Assembly (NCBI GenBank): GCA_018238155.1
Contig: JABCTZ010000046.1
Span: 64,001 to 128,000 of the forward strand
Direction of reading: 5' to 3'
DNA length: 64,000 bases
Source of the DNA: Candidatus Heimdallarchaeota archaeon
Lineage (GTDB): Archaea; Asgardarchaeota; Heimdallarchaeia; JABLTI01
Below the pieces are notes generated by a model. The model was not told the DNA's origin. It made no database searches and worked only from the letters and a program-made list of their open reading frames with translations. Shown here piece after piece: positions 29,038 to 39,500 of the stretch. The position numbers were made by a program, and so were the translations under genes. Positions within the stretch are counted from its first letter, which is position 1, and each line of letters opens with the position of its first letter.

Positions 29038-29903
29038 TTAAAGTTTAATGAAGTCTTCAATATCTTGGAAAACTTTTTCTCTGTTTTCAGGTAATTCATT
29101 AAAAAGTTCATGCCAATAATCTTCATAGATATTTAGTTTCATTTTGTTTTTTTGTTTAATAGTTTCAAATTTCTTCATAGTATAGAAAGAATCTACAATT
29201 CGATCATCTGTTCCTACCAGGAATAAAGTTGGAACAGCTAAACTATGAATATTCTTATCAGCATCTTTTTGAAATTTGAGCAACTCTCGACTCCATCGAT
29301 AGGTGAATTTTCCATATATTAGCTCATCTTGTAATCGTCTTTCCAGAATATCTGAATCTTTTATCAATTCTTCAGGTTTGATAATTGAGCTCATGTCATT
29401 TTGGGCACAATTGTCCCTAGAATTCTGACAGCTGTTTTTTGAATAAAATTAGCAATAGGATTCCCCATTAATTTGATACTTGGAGACGATAAAATTAGCT
29501 TATCAACAAGCTCCGGATATCTTATTGCGGTAATAATTGCATTTGCACCACCATTGCTATGTGCAATAAGGTAGATCATGTTTGGAGCTTCTTTTTCTTT
29601 AACAAAATTGATGAATGTTTTAATGTCTTCAACAACGAAATTGTAATCTTTCACATACATCCGTTGCTTTTTCACACAATGTCCATGACCTCTACGGTCA
29701 AAAGCAAAAAAGGGATAACCTCTCCTTGAAAAATATTCAGCAACATTTCTCATATTTTGAGCATGTGTTTCGCCGCCATGAACACCAATTAAAACGATTT
29801 TGGTTCTTTCTGTTTTGGATTTTTTAGGAAGCCAACAATGATAATACATCTCTAAATCATCAAAAGATTGAAAGTAACCATTCTGTTCAGTAATTTCAGA
29901 CAT
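29038..29903 (-). pseudogene. alpha/beta hydrolase (lysophospholipase-like) split by a 1-nt frameshift
   Basis: The 5' ORF has HG, FDRRGHG and the nucleophile AHSNGG. The 3' ORF has GTDDRIV (Asp) and YWHEL (His). The two overlap at ATGA (29391-29394), and one extra A would fuse them. Confidence 0.75.
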
Positions 29904-30120
29904 CTAATAATCATCTCAGTATTAGTACTAAATTATAAATCATTTATTCTTTTTAATCTTAGTGAAGAGAGGTAGTTTCAATAGAGAAATTTTCTGTAGT
30001 AAAATTTAATAGCTAATAATAACTTGTTTATGACTGAGGATGAATTTGAGCAAAGCTTTGAATGCAGGCATTTTATCATTGTATTAAAATCTTGAATCAA
30101 GAAGTCGGAGAAACAAAAAA

Positions 30121-32937
30121 TTGAATAAAAAGGAGCATTCCAATCAAGAAAATGCTGAAGCAATAATTATTCCCAGTGCTCATTGGGATAGAGAATGGTA
30201 CTTGCCTTTCCAATACTTTAGATTTAAGCTTGTTAAATTAATTGATGAATTGCTTGAAATCATGGAGAATAAAGAATATTATTTTATGCTTGACGGACAA
30301 ACAATTATTCTTGAAGATTACTTTGAAATACGCCCTGAAAATAAAGAAAAGCTTCTCAAATTAATACGTGAAAAAAAGATTTCTGTGGGACCTTGGTATG
30401 TTCTCCCAGATGAATGGTTAGTAGGTCAAGAAAGTCTAATCAGGAATCTAGAAATTAGTTTTGATCTCGCATATAGTTTAGATATCCCTCAAATGCAAGT
30501 TGGTTATTTACCAGATCAATTTGGTCATACTCGAGCCATACCACAGCTTTTATCGGATTTAACTAATTTTACTGCTACAGTAATTTGGAGAGGTGTTGGT
30601 CCTGAAATAACAAAGGTACCATTTATTTGGAAAAGTCATCCAAAATCAAAGAATCAGATTTTAGGCAACTATCTTCCGTTTGGTTACGGCAATTTTGCAG
30701 GTTTATCTGATAATATTGATTTAGTTAAAGAACTAATTGATGAGAAAATCAAAGAATTGAAGCCTTATTCACCGTTTCCTTATTATCTTCTGATGAATGG
30801 CACGGATCATCAAATGCCTCAAACATTTTTGATTGAACAAATACCAAAATTATCAAATGACAAATTGAAATTAAAGTTAGGTTTAATGGAAGAGTATATA
30901 CTCAAATTACATGATTTAATTGCACGAGAAAAATACTCTCCGGCAATTTATTATGGTGAATTTCGTTCGTCAGTAAAAGCACCACTATTACAAGATACTT
31001 ATTCTGCAAGAATGTGGATAAAACAATGGGATACAAAAATTGAGGATCTACTTGTTCATCATGGAGAACCTATTAGTACAATTTTACATTTTTATCTAGC
31101 TTATAAATACCCAACGTCTTATTTGAACTTAGCATGGAAATGGTTACTAAAAAATCAACCACATGATTCAATTTGTGGATGTTCTATCGATAAAACTCAT
31201 GATGAAATGAAATCTCGTTATTCATGGGCTGAAGGTATCGTAGAATCAGTAATTCAAGATTCACTTGAAATGATACAAAAAATGGAAACTGAAAAAAGTG
31301 ATTCATCTTGTTTGATTTTCAATCCAACTAATAATTCAAAGATACCAATGTGTGTTGAATTTTCTTTAGACGATAGTGACATTAAATCAATCGAAACAAC
31401 AACGGGAGATAATTACGACATTCAATCCATGACTTCATCAGAAGATATCTTCTTTGAAAGCACAATGAGTCCGTTCATCACTCAAGCGGGTTTGAAAATG
31501 CTACCAGGTAGAAGGTTAATGGATATTTACATTAATGAAGTATCCTTTGCTCCAAGAGATACTGACCCAACAGTACTAGATATTTCATTGATTTGTGGTA
31601 AAGAACCAATTGGAGAATTTGATGTTAAAGCAATGCAACAACAAGCGATTGAAATTTTGGATAGGAAGGAGTACAAAAAGTTTCATGTCAAAGTTTCTTT
31701 AGGAAGTAAACAATCTTACATAGGATTGTTACCTTTGAATCCTTGGTCATTTACAAAAATAACACTGAAGAAAGAAGTAAAGAAAGCTGATACTGATCCA
31801 ATAATAATAACCAATAATTCTGTAAGCAACAAATTCTATGATATTAGATTTAATAAAAATGGTTCTCTGAATTTATTCGATAAAGGATTAGAAAGAGAAT
31901 TTAGCAACCTCCATTATTTTGAAGATTGGGGTGATCGTGGAGATGAATACACATTTGGTCGCTTAGATCCAGTTGCTACGAAGGTTTCAAAGGTAAAAAG
32001 GAAAATTTCTCTGAAAGGTTCACTCGTAAGTGAAATAACTCAAGAACTAATTTTTAATACCTTTAAAGAAGTAAACGAAAAACGAGACAAGAGAATAGGT
32101 AAATCAAAAATAATCATTGAAACAATATTCCGGTTTTATAGAGATTTACCTAGAATAGATATCACTACTAAACTTGTCAATACAGCAAAGGACCACAGAT
32201 TTAGAATTTGTTTTCCGATGCCTTTTGAAACAACAAATACTTTAACATCAACACATTTTGGTTACATAGAAAGGCTTGGAGAAGCGATTGAAAACAAAGA
32301 TGTAGTTGAACAACCTTCAGGAATACAACCACAGAAACGATTCATTCGAGTGGAGTCAGAAGAAAAAGATCAAACTGCATTCACACTTATAAACAAAGGA
32401 TTGCCAGAAGTTGAATTGATAGGTAAATCGATTTTAGCATTAACTCTTATCCGATCTATCGGATTTCTCTCGAGATCAGATTACCCAGAGAGGCCAATGC
32501 ATGCAGGTCCTTATTTAGAAACACCAGGTGCCCAAGAATTAGGACAAGAATACCAATTTAGATACAGCTTCTTATGTCATTCTAAAGAAAAACCAATGAC
32601 GTTTAGTATAGATCACTCTGAAGCATTCTGTCTAGAAGGACAAAGCGTTGTTTTCAAAGATAGTAGTCCATTAAGAGATCTAACAAATCCACTAATTGAA
32701 ATCGAAAACCAGAATTTAAGATTGTCCTCAATGAGGATTCGAGATGAAAAACTTCAATTGCTAATTTTCAACTTGACTTCAGAGAATATACAATCTGAAA
32801 TAAAATTAGACAAGCAGTTCAGCAAATGCACTGATGTAAAAATTGATGGAACAATAAAACAAAGCTTTGTAATTTCAAAGAAGAAGATCATATTAACATT
32901 CGAGCCTTTCGAAATTAAATTATTACAAATCAAATAA
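30121..32937 (+). CDS. glycoside hydrolase family 38 (alpha-mannosidase)
   Basis: HWDREWY, LDGQ, GPWYVLPDE, YLPDQFGH, NGTDH, QPHDSICGCS and DRGDEY motifs. Confidence 0.95.
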   Translation: MNKKEHSNQENAEAIIIPSAHWDREWYLPFQYFRFKLVKLIDELLEIMENKEYYFMLDGQTIILEDYFEIRPENKEKLLKLIREKKISVGPWYVLPDEWLVGQESLIRNLEISFDLAYSLDIPQMQVGYLPDQFGHTRAIPQLLSDLTNFTATVIWRGVGPEITKVPFIWKSHPKSKNQILGNYLPFGYGNFAGLSDNIDLVKELIDEKIKELKPYSPFPYYLLMNGTDHQMPQTFLIEQIPKLSNDKLKLKLGLMEEYILKLHDLIAREKYSPAIYYGEFRSSVKAPLLQDTYSARMWIKQWDTKIEDLLVHHGEPISTILHFYLAYKYPTSYLNLAWKWLLKNQPHDSICGCSIDKTHDEMKSRYSWAEGIVESVIQDSLEMIQKMETEKSDSSCLIFNPTNNSKIPMCVEFSLDDSDIKSIETTTGDNYDIQSMTSSEDIFFESTMSPFITQAGLKMLPGRRLMDIYINEVSFAPRDTDPTVLDISLICGKEPIGEFDVKAMQQQAIEILDRKEYKKFHVKVSLGSKQSYIGLLPLNPWSFTKITLKKEVKKADTDPIIITNNSVSNKFYDIRFNKNGSLNLFDKGLEREFSNLHYFEDWGDRGDEYTFGRLDPVATKVSKVKRKISLKGSLVSEITQELIFNTFKEVNEKRDKRIGKSKIIIETIFRFYRDLPRIDITTKLVNTAKDHRFRICFPMPFETTNTLTSTHFGYIERLGEAIENKDVVEQPSGIQPQKRFIRVESEEKDQTAFTLINKGLPEVELIGKSILALTLIRSIGFLSRSDYPERPMHAGPYLETPGAQELGQEYQFRYSFLCHSKEKPMTFSIDHSEAFCLEGQSVVFKDSSPLRDLTNPLIEIENQNLRLSSMRIRDEKLQLLIFNLTSENIQSEIKLDKQFSKCTDVKIDGTIKQSFVISKKKIILTFEPFEIKLLQIK

Positions 32938-33061
32938 AATCAACTGAAAATGATTTTTCTTCCAATCCCTTTGAAATCTATTTTAATTAGAATTTCTAAC
33001 AATTCTTTGATGGTCACTATCCCCCATACTATTCTTATTGTGTGACCACTATATTAGTAAT

Positions 33062-33081
33062 TGAACTTAAAATAAAGTTCA
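33062..33081. promoter_or_regulatory. perfect palindrome TGAACTT-N6-AAGTTCA, candidate operator
   Basis: 7-bp perfect inverted repeat in the intergenic region upstream of a small ORF and the large GNAT gene. Confidence 0.4.
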
Positions 33082-33108
33082 TTGAAAATAATTAAGGTGA
33101 AAGAAAAA

Positions 33109-33198
33109 ATGGTAACACAAAAAGAAAAAGTGAGAAGAAAAGTAAAGAAAGACATAGAAAAAATACGTAATGAATCATTATTGACATTAGATATATAA
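33109..33198 (+). CDS. possible 29-aa basic leader peptide
   Basis: MVTQKEKVRRKVKKDIEKIRNESLLTLDI, preceded by an AAGGTGA SD-like sequence. Confidence 0.3.
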   Translation: MVTQKEKVRRKVKKDIEKIRNESLLTLDI

Positions 33199-33218
33199 TA
33201 ATTATAGAACACTAAGGA

Positions 33219-36200
33219 TTGAAAGTAATGACTGATAAAATGGGCTTAATTAAAAAATATGAACCATCTATGGCAAAAGCTGCAGCTGAGATGTTTAATT
33301 CATTCAAAGAGCTTTGGCCAGGAGGTTTCGGTGGTAGTGTTCCTTATACAGAACAGAGAGTTCAAGATTGGTTAGATAAAACGTCTGCGTATGCAGATCT
33401 AATTGCTGTAGATGAAGAAGGAACTTTAGCAGGATATTGTGGTTTGTATCCACATTGGCGAGACAAGAAAGCAGCATATATTTCTATCTTAGGTGTTACA
33501 CCTAAAGCACAAGGTAAGAAATTTGGAAAGAGATTATTATTAAAAGCTCTCGAGATAGCTTTAGAAAATGGTTTAACTCGTGTAGATCTCAATACATGGT
33601 CTGGAAATCTTGAAGCCGTACCATTGTACAAGAAGATTGGTTTGTTTTGGGTGCCAGAGACTGAAGTATATATGCAAGATTTTATTCCAGGAATATTGCA
33701 ATTACCTTTAGCCAAAGATTATTTTGAAAAACATCCAGATTGGTATAGTAGTTTCAAACGAGAGCTAACTCAAGCACCTGATGAGCATATAGTAGAAAAT
33801 ATGGAAATTTATTCTTATGTTTTCGAAAATGGAGAGGATAGACTTGAAGCAGAAGTTGATCGATATGGTTGGGGTTTTTGTAGTTTTAAAAGAATGTTAG
33901 ATGGAAAGAAAATTTCTATCGAAACGCGAATGAAATCACATAAGATATTTATTGGTATTCCAAATGCTATGACTATTCGAGTGCAAAATGAAAATGATCA
34001 AGATGCTAAAGTAAAACTGAAAATAGAAGCTTTTAAAGGATTGATATGGAAAGAACCCTTCCCCAAATCATTTGAACTTAAAAAAGGAGAAACTCTTGAT
34101 ATCACTCGAGAGTTTACTGTTGACAATACTACTACAGTATTCAAAGATAATAATAGAAGCTGTGAAAGAATAAAATCAACAATTTCCATTGAAGATCAAT
34201 CCATTGAGCTAATAACTAGTGGTAAAATACAATCTGCTATTGATCTCCGATCAATAAATGAAAACCGATTCATGTTTGTTCCTGTTGGGATAGAATCAGT
34301 TATTTCAATGGACCTCATCAATCACACCGATTTAGAATTAAAAGGAGAAATCAATATCAATATTCCAGGACTTGAGAATAGCAATCAATTAATTGATTTT
34401 GTAATACAACCAAACGCCATCTCTGGAATTCAAGTACCAATCACTTTTCCAATAAATATGAAGATAGATAAACTTACAATTGAAGCAACATCGTCATTTT
34501 CTTTCAATAATAAAATGGAGAAAATGCCTTGTTTTTATCATCCAATTATTGTGAAGAAAGATAATGTTATTGAATTGCTTGAATTTGAAGATACAAAAAG
34601 ACTCTACTTGGTAACAGACAAAGTTACTGTAAGAGCTGATCTTGAAGGGGGGAATCTTCGTGTTTATCAGCAAGATAATCAAGGAAATGTTCAATTACAA
34701 CATCAAGCAGGTCCACCTTTCGGACTTTCATTAGATAGAACGCTTCTACACACATACGAACTGAAGCAAAGTGGAAATTATACAACGTTAATTCTTAGTG
34801 CTAAAAGTCTCCAAGTCAAAGGTTTACATGTTAAGAAATATCTTAAAGTATCTCCTAGTTTAGATGAAGTAGAATATTGGGTTGAATATACTAATCAACT
34901 ACAGAATGGTTCCATTCATGTTTGTGGAAGAACATCATCAATTAGTGGAGGCATTACTCTCAGTCCAATGGCAGCAAAAGGAAAATCCTTTACTCCGATA
35001 AAAGGGAAAATCATTGAATGTGACTCAATTGCAGAATTTATTACAAGCCCATTGATAACCGAAGATACGAAAGATTGGTACGAAACTTGGACAGCTACAG
35101 AAGGTTTAATCTATAAAGATTTATCAACTTGGATCTGGAAACCAAACAATATTGAAAAAGTCAAAGTAAATAAAGGATCCCTTTCAAGACTTGATAGCAT
35201 AACCAAAGAAGTGAATTCAGGAGAAATCTTCAAACCAGTTCATTTGTGGTACTGTTTCGGAATGGTATCTCTACAAGAAGTTAGAAATCGCTGGAATCAG
35301 CTTGTTGGTAATACACACTTCAATTATCAAGAAGATTTTTTGGGTCCAAAAACAATCAAGTTAATTGAAGCGGAATTTGTAGATGGAAATATTGTTCGCT
35401 CAGGACAAACACATCTCAAAACAATAACATTAAATTTCAGCTCTTCATATCCGCTACAAGGTGCACTTACTCTGAAAGCACCCAAAGGGTGGCAAATTAA
35501 ATTCGTTGATGAAAAAGAAAAGAAAGAAACTATTCAACTGCCAAAATTTGTGCCTTTTATACCTATTCCAATACAAATCGAAATAATTGTCCCGGAAAAT
35601 TGCAAAGCATCTATAGAAAAATTACAATTACATCTTAGTTCTGAATTTGAACTTGATTTTAATCTTCCTGTACTCATTGCTTCAGGTGGAGAAGTTAAAA
35701 TTACAGAATCAGCTATCGGAGAAAGAAAGATCTACGAAGTATCAAACGGTTCGCTCTCATTCGTTGTACCAAGAGATATTGGTGGAAACTTGCTCAGACT
35801 AAAAGATGCAAAAGGAAAAACATTCCTAATTGATAATTTCCCAGAATTACAACCAAGATTCTTTTTCACACATAATATTGGTGGTATGCAACCAGCAGTA
35901 ATTCATTTCACAGCAAACAATCCTTTTTACAGACCAGAAATAACAACAACAGAAATAGAAGAAGATGGTCTGTGGAAGGGCATTAAATCCTCTTGGACAA
36001 TAACCAATGATAAAAAATACCTAATGGGATTAGGTGTTGAAACAACTTACCTTACTCTACCAGGTAGCAACATCATTAGAACGATAATCACTCTGAACAA
36101 CAAAACAGCAAGGAAAATGCCTTGTGGTTCAGGACTAATGGTTGACATAGGTCTAGATGGTTCTAGAGATAATAATGTAATTGAAGCTACTAGTGGAAGT

Positions 36201-36494
36201 GGTTTGTGGACACGCAATCCAGTTAAAAATCAATTTGTTGCAAATAGCTCATTTGATGAACCTTATTGTCGAGTAACGAAAGGAAAACAATCACTAGCAA
36301 TAATTATACCAGATGGCTATCCCGGATCAGCTATCTCTGTTGATCTTGTGATGATGCTATTAAATTGGATTATAAACTACACTTACGTCGAACCAAACGC
36401 AAAAACCACAACAGAAATGGCTATAATGATAAATCAACCTCGAGAGAAAATGGAAGAAGTAAGAATAGCTCTCAGGAAAAAAGTGACATTTTGA
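33219..36494 (+). CDS. large GNAT-family acetyltransferase (N-terminal GNAT plus ~900-aa beta-rich region)
   Basis: LGVTPKAQGKKFGKRLL and TWSGNLEAVPLYKKIG motifs. Confidence 0.85.
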   Translation: MKVMTDKMGLIKKYEPSMAKAAAEMFNSFKELWPGGFGGSVPYTEQRVQDWLDKTSAYADLIAVDEEGTLAGYCGLYPHWRDKKAAYISILGVTPKAQGKKFGKRLLLKALEIALENGLTRVDLNTWSGNLEAVPLYKKIGLFWVPETEVYMQDFIPGILQLPLAKDYFEKHPDWYSSFKRELTQAPDEHIVENMEIYSYVFENGEDRLEAEVDRYGWGFCSFKRMLDGKKISIETRMKSHKIFIGIPNAMTIRVQNENDQDAKVKLKIEAFKGLIWKEPFPKSFELKKGETLDITREFTVDNTTTVFKDNNRSCERIKSTISIEDQSIELITSGKIQSAIDLRSINENRFMFVPVGIESVISMDLINHTDLELKGEININIPGLENSNQLIDFVIQPNAISGIQVPITFPINMKIDKLTIEATSSFSFNNKMEKMPCFYHPIIVKKDNVIELLEFEDTKRLYLVTDKVTVRADLEGGNLRVYQQDNQGNVQLQHQAGPPFGLSLDRTLLHTYELKQSGNYTTLILSAKSLQVKGLHVKKYLKVSPSLDEVEYWVEYTNQLQNGSIHVCGRTSSISGGITLSPMAAKGKSFTPIKGKIIECDSIAEFITSPLITEDTKDWYETWTATEGLIYKDLSTWIWKPNNIEKVKVNKGSLSRLDSITKEVNSGEIFKPVHLWYCFGMVSLQEVRNRWNQLVGNTHFNYQEDFLGPKTIKLIEAEFVDGNIVRSGQTHLKTITLNFSSSYPLQGALTLKAPKGWQIKFVDEKEKKETIQLPKFVPFIPIPIQIEIIVPENCKASIEKLQLHLSSEFELDFNLPVLIASGGEVKITESAIGERKIYEVSNGSLSFVVPRDIGGNLLRLKDAKGKTFLIDNFPELQPRFFFTHNIGGMQPAVIHFTANNPFYRPEITTTEIEEDGLWKGIKSSWTITNDKKYLMGLGVETTYLTLPGSNIIRTIITLNNKTARKMPCGSGLMVDIGLDGSRDNNVIEATSGSGLWTRNPVKNQFVANSSFDEPYCRVTKGKQSLAIIIPDGYPGSAISVDLVMMLLNWIINYTYVEPNAKTTTEMAIMINQPREKMEEVRIALRKKVTF

Positions 36495-36522
36495 AAGGGA
36501 ATACCCTTTTACCTCTTTTTTT
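36494..36522 (+). terminator. hairpin plus T-tract after the GNAT gene
   Basis: AAAGGG-AATA-CCCTTT followed by a T7 run. Confidence 0.5.
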
Positions 36523-36570
36523 CACGAATATTCCTAAAGCTAAACTCTTTTTAATTGTTTTAAAGATTAG

Positions 36571-39500
36571 AATATTATCGATATCAATGGATCAGCTATA
36601 TCCAAAATTCATGCAGTAGAAATTGCGGAAGCAGATCAAGATAGCTATAACTTTTTTGAAATTCTTATGTTATCACAATTTTCATCAAATGATTCAATCT
36701 CTTCTACAGGACTGCAAATTTTTGAATCTTTTTCAACTGTAACTGATGACTATATTTATGATAATCCAACATATAGTGATGATGATTTACCTGGAGCTTC
36801 ACATTCAAATACCTTTGATAGTTTTGGTCATACGATTATTGTTGACGATGTTGATAATGATGGTATACACGAAACGATTATTGTTGGAAAAGATTATCTG
36901 AAAATATTTGGCTATGATACTTTCAATGATACGGCAATTCCATTAGTTTTGGATATCAATGATGAAACATACCCATTAATGGGTGGAGGTGCAGGAGTCT
37001 TTGATATAGATGGGGATTCCTATAATGAATTAATTGTTGGTTGTAATAATGGTACAACTTTGATTTATCAAATTGCTGATTTAAATTCCAATGATGCAAT
37101 TGAGGATTTATTAGCTATCACGGAATGGAAAGGTGATTTAGGTACCATGCCAGGTAAAAGAGGTTCAATAATAGGTTTGGATGTTGATGGAGATGGAGTA
37201 GATGAAGCAATTATTGGTGACCAATTTGGTCAAATAATCGTTCTAGGTTTAGGTGAATTGCCGACTTTTTCAATTACTTCTCCAATTGAGGGATATACTT
37301 CTAATCAAGAAACTATCTTATTTGAATGGGAAACCTCAAATGATACTTTGCCAATAATGTTCTACGAAATTTACATTAATGCTACATTTTCTTTAAGAGT
37401 TGGTGGAGCTCAAACTGGTGCAGTGATTCCTCTAGAACTGGGGAGCAATTCTATAACCATTGTTTGTACAGATATTCAAGGTAAAACTGATTCAGACAGT
37501 CGAATAGTGATATATAATGTAGGAGCACCAGTAATCGAAATAACAAAACCCGAGAACGGCTATTTGACAGATCAATCATCTATTACCATTTATTGGGTTG
37601 CATTTGATCCTCAATCAGATATACTGACGTATGAAATATATGCTAATGGTACTCTTAAAGGAACACCAACAACGTCACTACATACTTTTATTTTAGATTC
37701 AGAAGGTATTTGGAATATTACTATAATTGCAGATGATGGAGCTGGTGATAGAGTAAAAGATATGATTTATGTTATTTTTGACCGAACAGGTCCAGTCATC
37801 ACTATTACTTTACCTGCAGATGATTCTTTTGTAAGTACCGATTCAATTCATCTTCAATGGTCAGCACATGATGAGTTTACTTCTATTGATTATTATGAAA
37901 TTTATCGTGATGGATTTCTACAAGGAAATACAACATCGAAATTTTATGATGTCGATATTGCAGTAGATAAGATATATACTTTAGAAGTAATAGCCTATGA
38001 TGTTTTAGGCAATTATGATTCAGATTCAATCCAGATTACTCGAGATATGATCAACCCTTTTGTTTCCTTAGAAGCTTTAAGCTATCCAACAAATTATGAT
38101 GGTTGGTATGTTACTGATTTGGGTGATTTATTTATTGAATGGAATGGTACTGACACAGGAAGTGGCATAGACTATTTTGATGTCTTAGTAAATGATGAAC
38201 AATATGGCATCTATCCAGCTACTGCTGAGAACGACACAGTTACTCTAACAGAAGGACCAAATGATGTTGAAATAATTGCCTATGATAAAGCAGGTAACTC
38301 AGCCTCTGCTTATTACATTGTTGCTTATGATGTATCGAATCCTCTAGTAACGATTATTTCTCCAGAGAACAATCACTTAACTAGTGCAGAAAATGTAACC
38401 GTTTTCTGGGATGCTTCAGATGTAAGTTCTGGATTAAAAGAAATTTCCGTTATTGTTGACGGTTTCATTCAAGCTACTTTTACAGATTCTTCAATTAATT
38501 CATATTTAGTCAATATCTCTGAAACAAAAATTTACTCCATAACCATTCAAGTCATAGATTTTCTAGATAATTTAGCAGAAGACACTATTAATGTTGAACA
38601 TGACCCTATTTCACCAATTTTAATTGTAACTAGTCCATTAGCTGAAACTAGTTTTATCAATTCAACTTATGTAGAAGTATCTTGGGAAACTATAAACATC
38701 TCCCCAGATGAATTCGCCGTTTTTATTAATGGAACAGCTTACAATTATACTGCAACCATTTTTGATGCTATTATCAATTTAGAAGACGTATTTGGAACAA
38801 TTGATGAAAATACGTATCCAAAAGTGAATATAACTGTAGTAGCTGTTATCGGTGGCCAATATCAATATCCTAATACAAAATATGTTACTGTTGATTTAAA
38901 GAGCCCACTTGTAGCCATTAGCTCTCCTATTAATTTTGCAACGATTTCTGATGATTCAGTTGTGATAACTTGGACAGGAAGCGATATTGGTTCTGATATC
39001 AGTAGTTATACATTATGGGTAAATGATACATTAATTGGCAGCTGGGATAAGACGATTACTGTACGAGAGATAAATGTTGAAAGTTATTCTGATGGAGTAT
39101 ATATGATAATACTGGAAGGTCGAGATTTCGCGGGTAATGGTTTTAATTCAATCATTTACATCAATCTTTTCTCATCTGATCCTGAATTCACTCTTAATAT
39201 CCCAATTTCGTTACTAACTAATGACCCAAGTTTCCCATTCATAATCTCAATTACTAATCCTAGTTCAGGCATACAAGAAGTATCTGTTTTAGCAGATAAT
39301 TCAGAAATTGTTTATTATATCAATTACAATGAGAGTTATCAAGTTAATCATTTTGATATTGCGATTAATGTAGAAGAAATGAATTTTGTTTCACCAACAA
39401 ATGAACACAATTTAACAATAACAATATATGATCGTGGTGGACGAAGTGCAACTACAATAGTAAATGTTATTGTTGATAAGGAGAATCCAAATATAATCGA

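Noticed and set aside
36365-36619. 84-aa ORF bridging the GNAT end and the truncated receptor
   Set aside because: Overlaps the GNAT gene out of frame, crosses its terminator, and shows no homology to the missing receptor N-terminus.
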